Source: Catajapyx aquilonaris
Lineage: Eukaryota
Length of the DNA stretch: 64,000 nucleotides
Direction: 5' to 3'
NCBI GenBank assembly: GCA_000934665.2
Contig: JYFJ02001616.1
Coordinates: 1 to 64,000, forward strand
Each line of letters opens with the position of its first letter. The first letter of the stretch is position 1. Shown here in pieces: positions 1 to 13,221 of this stretch. A program made the position numbers and the translations under genes. The notes beneath the pieces are model-generated. The model had not been told where the DNA came from. It did no database searches and saw only the letters and a program-made list of their open reading frames with translations.

Positions 1-2671
1 ATACAACGGCGTAAGTCCGAGGTCTGTACGACCTCGGGAAGTGGGAGATCTTTTCCATCCTATATCCTCCTCGGATTGGGGCTTTATATATATTAGATAT
101 ATATATCATATCCGGAATAAAAACAATAAATTTATATATAATTTTATTGAGGACTCGGACAAGAAGTAATGGGAGTTTCAAATTCAACTCTATACGGCCC
201 TAACGCCGCTAACGGTTCTGATGTGACAACCCCCCNCCCCCCCCCCAAACGAAATTTTTGCCTGCGCCATTGCAAGAAGAAAGAACACCATGATACACCT
301 ATTTTGTACTTAATCTGTGTGGGAATCATTGAACCGTATATCTCTCGTTTTCTCCCACAAAAATCTATAGAAAACTGTTGAATATAGAATTAAGCGGCCT
401 TAGCTTCCTAAGCACCCTGTTGTTGTTCATAAAAATGCTATCTTCCCTATTGAGGATACCCACTGTTTCGCAAGAAATCGGAAACAAACAAACAATATAA
501 GCACTTCCCATTTCTTTTGACGAAAATCCGATTTCGTGCTGGCAAGGCAGGAAAGCGTATTTAATAAGCTCAAACGGCAAAATTGGAGTCTCTTCAGCGT
601 GTTGACGAAGAAAGCCGGAAGTGGCGTCTTTTGTTATTGTCGTCGGACCCACGTCGTAAGACACACAGAAAAGACAAACGTACAAGAGCAATCGGATAAT
701 TCGATTGAAAGGGACGACTCCCCTATCGTGGAGATTTGGCCTAGTTGATATATGGACATGACGGGCCTTTGACGTCAAGCTGACGTCAACAGGAGGCGGG
801 TTGCACGCTAGGCCTGCAAGAGCTCTTTGTTTCTTTGTGGGTGCCATGGCAGCCATTGTGGATCCCACTTGTTGGTAGTCTCCACTTAATCCAGCCGCGG
901 GATCTCCCAGACAACCAAAGGATATCCCACCTTTTTCGGTCTTGAACCTTCAAATTAGGGAGTTACTTCATGAATCAGTAGCTCATTTTCCGTATCAACA
1001 TGTTGGTATTTTTAGACCGATGGATTCTGGCCATTCAGGATGTATCGTAGCAACCGGGTCGACTCAATTATTCCTCTAAGCAGTCTAAGGAACGTCGCGT
1101 CGCTTCCAAGACGATGCTGACCTCCCACGTCCATGCAGTGCTGAGACAAACTCTTGACTGTTGCTATCCGGATCAGTAGTTATAGACACTAATTGGCAGA
1201 ATGGGGAGAGAGAACAGCTTTATTTTGGTCTTCAGGATCAGTCCGAACAATCAACTTTTTAATTGTGTTCTTTCAGTTGCGAAAACTGCCTCTCGGGTGA
1301 AGGCAATTATTTTCAAGAATGGCACTAACAGGAGGAAGCCGACCAGTACCGCATTACTTATAGCACTGTTTGCAGACTGGCTTGTAATGTTTCGCTAATT
1401 AGCCGCTCCGCAAATGTATACACGTTTTAAGCCCAGCCCAGATTCCTGGAAGTAACAAGACCCGAATTAGCGGAGGCGAAAGAATGAAATGAATGCCTTC
1501 TTTATAAACATTGCGCCATGCCAGGTTCTGAATGCCCATTGTCGTTCCTTTGTATTCTACATCGCTATAGGTCTTATTAGTCGACGCTTTTCTTTGACTC
1601 GTATTTTACAAGCAGCGGACTCTCTATAAGCCATGTATTGTCAAAAATATAGAATTTTCTGCCGAAAAGCTCCTGCTAATACGTACCGTGTATAATATGG
1701 TATCCTACTTTCGAAGTCAAAAGTTCCTCAACTAAAAGGCAGGGTTCGTTATTTCTGTAAGTTGGGCGGCGAATAATCCCTCGCTGATTCCGAATATATG
1801 GTATGTTTTAGAATGTGATGAAGCATAAGGAAATGCAACCGGGTTTCTGTCGTAATCTGCCTGGAGAGATACTGTACAGTATACTGTATATACTATAGTA
1901 AATAATTGTATGGTAGGACTGCGTCGCTCGCGATAGTTATACAGGCGGCTCCCGGAGATGAACTTGATGCCGTTATACAGTATATAAGTAATGAACGCCT
2001 ATGCCTTTGAAATAGACGATTGTTAAATTGATATTGCATGGAAATTAACTCGTATGTTTGAAAAGTTTGGGAAAAGCTACGGTACAATAACTTACATCTG
2101 CGAGCAAGGATACTGAGAACGGATCAGAATCAGAAGCGCGTGTGAACCCATCAGCTTTACAGCGGTATAAGAAACGGGCGATATCGTACAGTACTGTACA
2201 TGCAGGCCTACCTTTGCAAATGTAGTACACTGTACAGTACAGTTTTACGACGGAGTTATGTGCCAGAAAAACGGAGTCGTAATATGAAAAATTATTAGTA
2301 AAACGAGGCCTATACTTGTAACTTACCGTATATGATTATAAGGTGTTGCAAGTACCCGAGGCTGTTATTTTTGTGTAGCTTGTTGCCCAGCGATCCAGGT
2401 GCTTAATTAGGCATACTCCCAGGTGATCGAATATATAAGTTGCTATACAGTATACCAAGTAATAGGGCACCTGGATTGTGGCGCAACAAGCTGCCCAAAA
2501 ATAACAGCTTCGAGCGAAATTTCTTATAATTAAAGCGACTCGCATACTTTTAACATCACATACTGTATCATTAGGCTACATCTATAGATCTTCCCACAAT
2601 GCAACACGAAAAACAAAAGAAGCGCCTGTTGTGTTTGGACATAGGTTGCAGCCACGTTGCAGCGATGTAGT

Positions 2672-2673
<2 letters not shown>

Positions 2674-2732
<59 letters not shown>
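2674..2732. repeat. (CT)n microsatellite
   Basis: Direct inspection. Confidence 0.97.
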
Positions 2733-2738
<6 letters not shown>

Positions 2739-4698
2739 TCTATTTCTGTTATTATCGCAATTTTATTTCCATTTTAAAATTTTGAATGATCGTTAATATG
2801 AAACTCTGTAAAATCTGTATCATACTATGGTATCCTTTTCATTCAAAACACTGTACGATGAACTTCACTCGCTCTTACTCTCCGATACACATGTTTTTCG
2901 GTCACTCTATTGTTTGGCCTTTATTCTTTCACATGGTTTTCCACACTCATGACCTATCTAACTAGAGCACCTTGTGCTAACTACGACATAGCACATAGTC
3001 AGCACATGATTTGCAGTGTACGCTCTTAGTACAATAATTTACTGTCGGCAGAGCCACCATTATAATACCAAGGAATACGAGGACTTAAAGTGCTTTCTAG
3101 ACGATATCTTCACGTGGATTTTATGACAGATTAGTGAAGCTGAAAGGACTTTGAGGATAAAACCAAGGAGAAACTGAAGTCGCATGCCTGTGAAAATGAA
3201 TCTGTTCCGCAAATATTTTCCGTACTGAACAGGCTTCCGTTATGTGCGACAGATATAGAAATCCTCCAATGGTACTACTTGTACAAAAGGTTTCTATTGT
3301 AGACAATCATATCTCGTGTTCGGTTTCAGAGAAGAATGGCCACCTGACGGAGTTTTCCCTTTACATGAAGCTCCTTCATGTAGAAAAACTCCGCCAGGTG
3401 GCCATACTTGTACTTCTCCATTAATTTCCACCACTGCACTGTAGTCATTTTGGGTCGATACTTTGTCCTCTTTGTCCTGTCATTCAATCGGAAAATTATG
3501 AGATTAACGGCTCTTAATCAATAAGCAAATTAATAGCAGGCTAATAGTAGCAAGTAATTATAGCTTTTGTTGGTTACTTTACACAAATATAGTTTGATGA
3601 GGCCATTCGTTTTTACCATTAATATCAGTAGCTGTTGTTGAAAAGCCACTCTTTAGTGCAAGGGAAAAAATATTATGACGTCTACAACTGCCCGTAAATA
3701 TTTTACAACTACCAGTACAGCCTATAACATCGTTGCACAATGCACATGCAATGCGGGGTAAATAGTCCTACAACACTGCTCACGACTTCGCAAATCCTAG
3801 CAACCTGTTGTTCAACGGAAATCGGGGACATGGAAACCTCCCAAATCTTCCTCGGCGTCTCACGTAAATGCCATTGATCTTGATTGCCACAAAGAAAGTG
3901 GTTCTTCAGCTGGCAAAGAATAGACTGGGATATAAGGTGGAGACTGAGGAACAAGAATATACCCAGAAGTGGGACTATAAGTTCAATATACTTGATTCGC
4001 ATCTACTATATTATAGCTGCCTGCACCATTTGTATCCTGACAGCTGTCTTATATGACTGCTGCTTTGTCGATAGACAAATTGAACGACTTTTATCAGAGT
4101 GTACCTCCCCTCTTAGAAAGGTTAGAATTAAGAGTTATTGGAATATATATCTAGATTCAGCTTGACCTATCCTACGATTATTTTCCCCCTCCCCATGACC
4201 TCCATCTGACGACTTCAAACACGACCAAAGGGATTGAGTCCCCTCGCGTGCTAACAAATGGACTGCATTTTTTATGTCCCTACCCCATACCCCCCCCCNC
4301 CCCCCCCCCCCATCCCAAGCTTGGACAATATTTAACTTGTTGGGGAACTGCTGTTCTGCATGCGCACATGTGAAGTGGAGAGACAACCGCACTTGTTCGA
4401 TTCAGGTGATATTGACGTGCCTTTCGGACACTCTCACCGGAGGGAAATCGTTAGCCTTCACACCAAACCTACAAATTGGGGACCCAAATAATGCAGGCAG
4501 CGGAATAATATTGTTTTCAATGGGTTTTGGGATCAGTCGTGCGTGGGTTTGAGTGGGAGTATGCATTGGGGATTTTTCTTTTTCAACTCAGCTGTATGCA
4601 GAGTGTGCGAGTGCTAAATATTCTGTGACTTCAGTCTCCAACGTTGCTGATGGAAATATACAGGGTGGTTCCAAAATACTTGTTGGCACTAAACTATT

Positions 4699-4933
4699 AA
4701 TTTTACATACTTTTGTATAATAATATCATACAATTTTACATACATACTTTTGTATAATAATATCATATAATTTTACATACATACTTTTGTATAATAAAAT
4801 ATAATTTTACATACATACTTTTGTATAATAAAATATAATTTTATACACACTTTTGTATAATAATATCATATAATTTTACATACATACTTTTGTATAATAA
4901 TATCGTATGATTTTACATACATACTTTTGTGTA
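4699..4933. repeat. AT-rich minisatellite, about 7 copies of a 31-37 bp unit
   Basis: Unit AATTTTACATACATACTTTTGTATAATAATATCATAT. Confidence 0.92.
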
Positions 4934-6193
4934 ACGGGTTAAGCAATTTTCTTCTAATGCAAAATGGCAAATGTTAAAAATAGGATTATGTATGGTTCAA
5001 ACTTTCGACCTTCATAATTATGAATCCTGCATTTTTGACTCGCGTAGTTTTGAAATTCAGGTATTCAAATTCATAAGCTGACGCAAAAAAAAAAAAAAAT
5101 GGAACGTTGAGATGAAAGCACCTGACATTCCCCACACGTGCAGTAGTGTCTATATAGTAGACTACACGTGTCTGTCCTCTTACCCCAGTGACCGTGATTC
5201 CCGATTTGATGAGAACAGTAGCTGAAATGAGTGGAAAATGATGAGGCATTTCAATATGCTGCGTAATAAAGCTGAAAGTTCCGACCAACTCTATAGAGAC
5301 TCAACCATCCATCAAATAGATATTAGAGGTGATACGAGGCTGGAATAGTGCCATCTGATGGAGCTTGCTTTACAAACGGAGAGAGAGAAAAACATTCACA
5401 CTCAGGAGCTATCCATCCGTAAGAGGACCGAAAAGACCTCCGGAATTTAATTCCCTTTGCCACGGGATTCGAAAATGAACACCTCGATATATATTGCAGG
5501 TCCAAGGGCATCGGAGATTTGATCTCTTTTATGCAGATAGGAAAGTGCTGTTACGTAACCTGCACTATATATGCAGGGATGGCTTTTGGATTCCATGGTT
5601 TCAGTATATTTTTTCCTCTCTCTTTTTGACGTGAATGTAAAGGCCAAACGTGGACATCTCATACAGTACTTCACACAGAGATGTGACCTCGATCTCTTTC
5701 TATGGGTTGGCGTTTTCCACTCTTTTCAATCGTCAGGAATGTTATTCGGCTGTAAGAAAAATTATTTTTTCAGTTACGGTACCATGGCAACAAACATGGT
5801 CTACATTTTTCAGGCTGCGATTTTTGTTTGGCCGCATGTTTCGTGCAGTCAATTATTTAAGCATAGTAATGTAGGGAATACGGACGCAGTTAGACAGCAC
5901 TCGCAAATTTTTGTGTCTGGGGAAACAAAATTATGCGGGCGTAAAAAGCTCATTAGCTTGTGTACACTTTCATTTGCACACAGATAATCAGCATGCCTAT
6001 ATACGTCAGGCTGCTTGATGTGTCGTGTGTGTGTGTGCCATAGGATATTCTATACATACCAAATTATAACACCGTGCTGTAGTTAAATCTCGATGCCAAA
6101 AATCATATGCAGTAGGCAATATAGAGCTTTCGTGACCTTTGACTATAATAGGCTAGGGAATTTCCCTAACTGAGGCAAATACTCCAGATACTA

Positions 6194-6273
6194 AATATCT
6201 TATACTAATCTTATACTGTATATAGTGCCATCATGATGGCACTATATACAGTATAAGATTAGTATAAGATATT
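6194..6273. repeat. Perfect 80-bp spacerless palindrome
   Basis: AATATCTTATACTAATCTTATACTGTATATAGTGCCATCA followed directly by its exact reverse complement. Confidence 0.95.
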
Positions 6274-7470
6274 CAAAAGTGCTTGTTTCACCCGGTCCTA
6301 CACATACGCGGGTAATAAGGTTGTCTTCGTTTTCCATGACAGCAACCTTGAAAACAATAAATTATTATGAAATTCAACAAGTCTGATATGATCTTCGTAT
6401 TAAATATTTTAAATCATTGTGACTAGATTGTATTGTTCGGATATTCTGTAAGTGGGTCAATATTTGCTAAAGGGTCAGATTGGGTATATGGTTACTACGA
6501 AAGTTGTTATCCAACAGCCATAATTTATTCCCTGCCTTCTCTGACTTTGCTGATTAATGCATTGTAATGTCACGACATTTAATCGCAAATATAAGATAAT
6601 TTTTCGTCAGTAACGTAACCACAGATTAAACCAATTTTCGCATGTGTTAAAACTTTCCATTGTATGAGATAAATGTTACAAGCATATTTTACTTCAAAAC
6701 GTGTGAATAAAATTGGCATCTTCATAATTTTGTACACTTTCAGCGCGTATTAAATAAGTTAATCAAAAATTTTGTGTAAAATTATTGGTTCACAAGATTA
6801 TTTTTTAAATTACGGAGACAGTAATGATGCAGCATCGAAAATAGTCCAATGAATTTAGTGTTACTCATGAATAAATATAATTATAATATGCAAATGAGTA
6901 TTTTGTCAATTTGGATATCTATGACCTTCGAATGTCGGTAGAGGCGCGATGATAATGATTCATCTGTTGAAATAATGACAGTCCTGGTGGCACATTTTTC
7001 TTAATAATACTTGCACGTGTGTAAAATTATGAATATGGAAATTTTATTCCCATATTGAGAACGCGTGAGATTGAAGTGTTCTTATAACATTTGTGCGTAT
7101 GTATAATGAAAACATAAAGCGTTAACACAAGCGAAATATTTTAAATCGGTAGTTACGGTAATGCCAGAGAAATTATTATCTAAGAAAGTTTTTGGTGAAA
7201 TGTGATAATATTATACAGTATTAATACACATAGTCAGATAATGCAGGAAATAAATTATGGCTGGCAAATAACAACTTTTGTTACCATACTCAACTTGGCC
7301 CGGCCCTTCAGAAAAAAAACCAAAACTAGTATATAAATTAATATAAAGTGCTTGTCTCATTGACTCGTCTTATGACACGTGCATTAGTGTAGTACTGCAC
7401 CTAAAGCATAATATATTATATACAGTATAAGGATTTCACCACGTACTGCATTTGAACTGTCGTAATTCTA

Positions 7471-7523
7471 TACCTTTACCCAATATTGACCTACATTATG
7501 TAGGTCAATATTCGGTAACGGTA
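7471..7523. repeat. 53-bp imperfect palindrome (possible collapsed MITE)
   Basis: 26-bp arms with 2 mismatches and a 1-nt centre; TA at both ends. Confidence 0.75.
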
Positions 7524-9989
7524 GTACAAGCCGTTGTTATAATAAGAGCTCGCTATCGCGTATAAAGAAACACTAACATATTATTTCTCATTTAAGAATG
7601 ATATGGTTGGCAAATGGTTGCATGCTGGGAAAATCCTTCCTGCACCTCCAATGCACGAGAGGTATGCGGAGTTTTAATTTATTATTATTCGCTGACTGGA
7701 CCATGAAATGCGAAAATGCTGGGCTATTTTATATTCCCCATGTGCTCCCCTTGACTATTGCACCTATTAAGTCAAAACCAATGTTGAAGGCTTAAATATA
7801 CACCATTTTTATTTGTTGAACACTCGTAGATAATTCCATTCCATTTTATTCAAAATTTCTAACTGTAGGCCTATGTCAAACCGTGCGACTGGAGAACATG
7901 CAGAACATAGCCCCCTAAAATAATTTACAAATCAAGATTAACCTGACATGCTGGACAAAAAATTAACTAGTTAGAAAGGGGTAAGAGCAATATATTTTCC
8001 ACCGCGTAAGTGTAAGTTTTAATTACTTCGAAATTTACCATTCTTTTTTAAATGCTTGCAAATTGATGGCACAGTGAATTCCTCACATCGAAGCAACTGT
8101 GAATAAATGTGGCAATACGGCATTTGGATCCGTCATTTAATATGAATAATTGATATTAAAATGACCAAACTAGTAATGTACCTTGCCTACTATTTTGAAG
8201 AGTGTGCTTGAAAATAATACAAAGATAACGATAAATACTTCAATAATAAACCATACATACAGATTACAACTTTTAGGGTGTATGTTTTTATCCTGCAGTG
8301 TAGCTAACCGTTGCGCCACTCTTGTGTTACGGAATGACCTTCACTCAGGGGCAATGAACCTGTGGATCGTCTTTATCATATGGGGAAGGGTGCATGCTTG
8401 TTATTGTTGTTGTTGTTGTGGGGAAGATATGATTGTGTTCTGGCCTGTTGGCCTTTGGGTGAAGGCATCTTTAAGGGAAGTTCCAGGCACTGCAGTTTCA
8501 TTGATAACATTGATAAAAATGATTCAGCATACAAGTTCAAAGGTTTTCAAAGATATGGTATTACATAGCACACAATTAAACCATAGTGACATTTACGTCA
8601 TTTTGCGCGAATGTTACATATAAGAGCAGTGGCTTCTGTCATATGATTGACAGAACTTTTCAAATAAAATTAATTAAACGTTACTTCAAATATTTGTTTA
8701 CTGATAAAATGTGTGTATCATACAAGCCAATAGTTCCTAATATCTTCTGACCTGCCGATAAAATAAAATAAATCTTCATGTTTGCACCGGTTGGTGTCTT
8801 TGTTTGATTTCAGCCATTGGAAATGCAAACAGTAGCTCTTTATACCACCTGTTTCATTATTGAACTCAGGATAGTTCCACTAAAAAGACGAGGTATAAAA
8901 GAAGGCTTATGCCTGTTTGCTTTGCAGGGTGATTCGCAAATAAAAGAATTATGGTGATTATGATCAAGTTTCTGATTTTTAGTTATAGTAGTACGGTAAA
9001 CGTGGTAGTTTAAGTCCCGAGTTACAGAAAATGTGTTAGACCACTGCATATATCATGGCAACTGGTGGTTAGAGAGCGGCGATGCCGGATTGATTTTTTC
9101 GTAATATCCGGCGACAGTATCGGTGTTACCTATGGAAGGGGGTTTATACTGGAATCTTCCTGGTGGCTTTCTGATTCCCCCACTCTTTCCCACTCCCAGC
9201 TGACAACGAGTCTAATTAATTCGTAATTAACCGATTATAGAGAGTCACACAGCACGTTGGAAAAACTCCATCCGTGGTAAGCGGCACTAATATTCTCTAA
9301 CTGCTGAGGTGACTATTATACGGTATATACAAAAATTGATAGAAATTGAAAGAATTCACAATGTTTACAGGCAAGTCGCTTATGTATATATTATTAATAC
9401 CCGACTGTGACGGAAACTCCTCCCGCAGCGTAGGGCATACAGCATTGGGAGTGGTCTCTAAATTTTGCCCGCGTTTTCTATATTTGCAAACCACTTCTTT
9501 TTTGGGGGGAAATAGTGTCCAGGGAAATGTCTCTAATAAAGGGATAGCCAGCGATAACGAGGAATCGCAAGAATAACTTCCTGGTGCATTTATCGTCATC
9601 TCACATGACCGCGTTAACTTCTCTAGCACTGACCAGATACTGCCAGAGTGAGGAGGGAATGGATTATAAATGTTGTAAGGAGCATCCGACACCGTTGTCC
9701 ATGGTTACGCCTTATTCGTGTAGACGGCGACTGAAAATAACAACCCAAGTGCCACCAGGAAAAATCGATCGCCGTATGAAACTAATATGCCATATTAAAA
9801 CGGTGTTAAATCTGTCTTAATAAATAACAACACTTGCAAATAAGTAAAAGCGATAGGCATACAATGATTTTTATTAAATATTATGCACCCTTTACGTATT
9901 TGCGACGCCGCAGAGTGAGCCGGATATCAATATGGGTGGCTCAAATAGGAAGAAAAACTTACGTTAGTTAATTTTGTCGTAACATTTGA

Positions 9990-10100
9990 CACCGGCCGTC
10001 TTGTGCCTGCTGAAAGAAATATTGAAAAAACGAAAGTTGTGTTCGGCCAGGAAGAAATCTTAGAAATGACCATCAGCGGAATAGCGGATGTGGTGTGGCG
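9990..10100 (+). mobile_element. Possible ancient non-LTR retrotransposon RT fragment
   Basis: NIEKTKVVFGQEEILEMTISG resembles the LINE RT 'IN..KTK.MVF...I.I.G' block; no YADD motif seen. Confidence 0.3.
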
Positions 10101-10621
10101 GACCGAGACGTGGGTGGTTGGGTGGGAAACACTGGGGACAAAAGAGGATACCCACTGTAGACTGGACTCCACTTTTTTTCAGTTTACAGGTTGTCACCTT
10201 TGCCATTTTAGAGCCACAAAAGCAGTCCGGGTGACTCAAGAAAAGTCGGAAAGATCAAGATGGGAATATTCCTTCGGAGGATCTGTATTTAAATCTGCGG
10301 CTCTGCTGTCATACACCTGTGATGTCAATTTATTAAACGAGTCTCCTATTCTAGGCCTACTTCAATCAATTACCAGCTGATCTGAACAGTTTCACAAACC
10401 GTGTAATGCAAAAGACCGTATGACCTTATCTATAACAGCGCAACCAGTTTGAATCTAATTGACATGGTGCCGGACCAACAAAGCGCAACATTTGCGTCAA
10501 AAACTCATCAGTTTTAGTGGTCAAAATTCGATTTGGTGCGGATGAGCCTCCACGTATTTCGCTCCTGGTAGGACCGAAAAAAGGGGAATAGGTGGCCTAG
10601 AAAATCCTCTATAGAACACAC

Positions 10622-10766
10622 GTACTTGGGGCTCAAATTGTTTTGGTCACTTTATCCTGGTCTTGAAGCAACCCTTCGCACAGACCCCACGGTGAGGAGG
10701 TGTGTGTGTGAAGGGTTGCTTCAAGACCAGGATAAAGTGGCCAAAACCATTTGAGCCCCCTAGTAC
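10622..10766. mobile_element. Palindromic MITE-like element, unclassified
   Basis: About 60-bp inverted arms (GGGGCTCAAAT...CACTTTATCCTGGTCTTGAAGCAACCCTTC) with a spacer of about 22 bp. Confidence 0.8.
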
Positions 10767-11308
10767 AACATTGCCTGACAAGTGACAATGCACCATCGGA
10801 AAGTGGTCCTCTCTTTGGGGAAGACGTGCGCTACACCATTATTATGCGGACAAAGTGAAGGAATTGCTCATGGAAAACCCCAAATTGAAATGCTGAGGCT
10901 GTGGACATCTCAACAACTGTCTTACATGACCACCTGCGCCATGTGTCATCAAATGAGATAAAGCTGAACATTGACGCCTAAGAAGACAAGACAGCTGGTA
11001 GATATCACAATCAATTGTGACCTGTGAAAACCCCATCTGCCCGACCTGTTCCACCTGTCCCACTTGTGGTGTTTGATCTGACCGGACTATTGAACAGGTG
11101 CTGATGCGGGATGATTGTCCAATGGATATGTTCCATTCCGGCACACTGCAAGTTAAGATATATCGGCAGTAAGTATGTACAGGAGCCTTATCGATGCCTT
11201 AATAGGTGACATAACATGCTTTTATCTCCGCAATAAAATCGCAATAGCCACAACAATTTTCTCTTAATTTGCAATAAACTATTTACGAGGAGGACAGGTG
11301 GTATCCAC

Positions 11309-11449
11309 CAAGGGGTTAACCACTCGACTGAAAAGTGTACACTGGAGTACCAAATTCAAGGAGTACCAAAGAGCAAGGAATACCTAAGGAGTACCTGTGG
11401 GAGTACCACTGCAGGTGTACACCGGAGTACCGAAGTGGTTAACCCCTTG
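11309..11449. mobile_element. Short hAT- or P-type MITE with an internal GGAGTACC array
   Basis: 16-bp TIR CAAGGGGTTAACCACT; flanks GTATCCAC / GTATCCAG (7 of 8 TSD match); six GGARTACC motifs inside. Confidence 0.75.
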
Positions 11450-12169
11450 GTATCCAGTACCCACTTAGTGGCACTTCATTGAAAAAGTTCCTGAGAAACC
11501 CGAGCATTCTGGAGGTGGGACGCTATCAAATAGCACAGCCTCTTAGCACAACGTGAAGGGGCCATTGTGACGTTTTTGGCACCGATTCCTGCTGTTGCTT
11601 CCCACGCGACCCAGCAGTTATTTTCAGGTCAGGATACTCTAATTTTTTTCCCCCCATAAATCTTCCAAAACGCCTGTTGCGCCCTGTCCTTCTACTTTGG
11701 TCGATGTCCCTCTCGTCTGATCCCACCATGACATCTGGCTCCATTTTCCTCTATTTTTTTTTTGTTTTGTTTGTAGGTCGAGTGCTCCATGTCAGGAAAT
11801 AGACTGCTCTAGTCGGTTGGCTTCCCTCGTGGGATTTTGTGCTCTTCCCCCACCCTATCCTGCACCCACGAAACTTTTTAAATAGAAGCAAGCAAGCAGC
11901 CAAGATTTTCATTCCTTGACCATTCTGACTGCCCCTCACATATGCATTCTATATGCTACGTCTGCATATGTTAGGACACAGAACGTGTAGGAGGGCAGCC
12001 GGAGCTAATAATAAAGATGTAGGCAGTTGTCCTAGCGCGGCGCTGATTGCCAACGGAGGAAGTGGCGCCTGCTCAGAGCAAGAGCATCGATTTGGAGGAA
12101 AAAGGGGTGGTGAGATAGGCGCCAGCTTCCAGCACGCAGCATACAGGCGCCACCCATACTAAAAAAAAC

Positions 12170-12261
12170 TCAGCTTCGGAGACACAAGTAGGGACACAAC
12201 TCTTCTGACGTCTTCAGTGCTTCAGGGGACTCCATGATAGCTTGTTGTCTCCTGACTCCAG
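12170..12261 (+). other. Possible non-coding 5' exon of the NWD-like gene (start uncertain)
   Basis: Consensus donor CAG|GTAAGG at 12261/12262, followed by G-runs and a GC-richer region with YY1-like AANATGGCGG motifs near 12500 and 13045. Confidence 0.3.
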
Positions 12262-13113
12262 GTAAGGTTTCAGGGTGTTCAGGGGAGTTTATGGGGGGGG
12301 GGTGGGGGTGATGCTGCGGTTAGGCCTAGTGTAGGTGCGACCCACATTTTTAGCAGGGGGGGTAATTTGAACGTGCTGTTAATGATTGGAAATGTGATCA
12401 ACTCTTGTCGGATCGATTCGAGGTCGGATTGATTTTACTGGGATTTTGCGTTAAGGAGGGATTGGGGATGGCACGTGAGATGCTATTTTGTGAGAGGAAA
12501 TGGCGGCGATACTCACAATAATTAGATGCTCCATTGCATTTTCTCGGTCCTCCTTTGATTTTGTCCCGGATTGGTCTCCAGGTGATGTTCAGTGGAGCGA
12601 ACAGGTGCGCGACTTGTTTACTACCCGACCCCCTGAATGGGGTTCATTCAAGTGAAAGGCAGAAAATAATGGGGGTGGGTGGGTGGGTGTTGTATTTCCC
12701 GCGCTCCCGTACATGCTCCGGTTTCGTATAAGAAAGACTCGGCAACTTGTTGAAGAAACCGATACCGTGCGAAGAAACCACGATAGCATGTCAACGACGC
12801 GTGTTTTTCCTACACGGTATGTATGTGTGTGGACACATGACCTTTGAAGGTGGTTGGCCCGCCTTCGAAAATCAATAGAAGCTGGCGGAGATGGAAACGG
12901 GGGTGAAGGGAAGGGTTGTGGGGCTGCCAAGAGGGAAAGGGGCGGGGGTGGCCACTGTGTATCTGGAGCCATCTTGGTACATCGCTTGTAGTGGCTCGTA
13001 TGCAAAACCGATACGGTATGGGCGATGGGAAGGGAGGGAGCAAGATGGCGGTGGACAGTGGGTCTGCTCGCCGCCAAATCTATTGGAATGAGGCTTTCAG
13101 GCTGTGGAGCGAC

Positions 13114-13194
13114 ATGTGTGGCAGCAGAGAGAGTTACGGTGGGCCGGTGGCAGCGTATATGACTGTGACCTCGGCCAAGTTCAAGCGCTTCTAA
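13114..13194 (+). other. Candidate upstream ORF (26 aa, MCGSRESYGGPVAAYMTVTSAKFKRF) in the NWD-like 5' leader
   Basis: ATG at 13114, TAA at 13192-13194, 27 nt before the main ATG and downstream of a plausible acceptor (CTTTCAG ending at 13100). Confidence 0.4.
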
Positions 13195-13221
13195 CTGGGT
13201 TGTGCATCTCGGGAGATCAAG

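Noticed and set aside
365..868. 167-aa minus-strand ORF
   Set aside because: No recognisable motif or supporting splice structure; possibly TE debris.
11344..11431. CRISPR-like spaced repeats (GGAGTACC)
   Set aside because: Repeats are only 8 bp with 2-16 bp gaps, are enclosed by TIRs, and lie in eukaryotic sequence with no cas genes.
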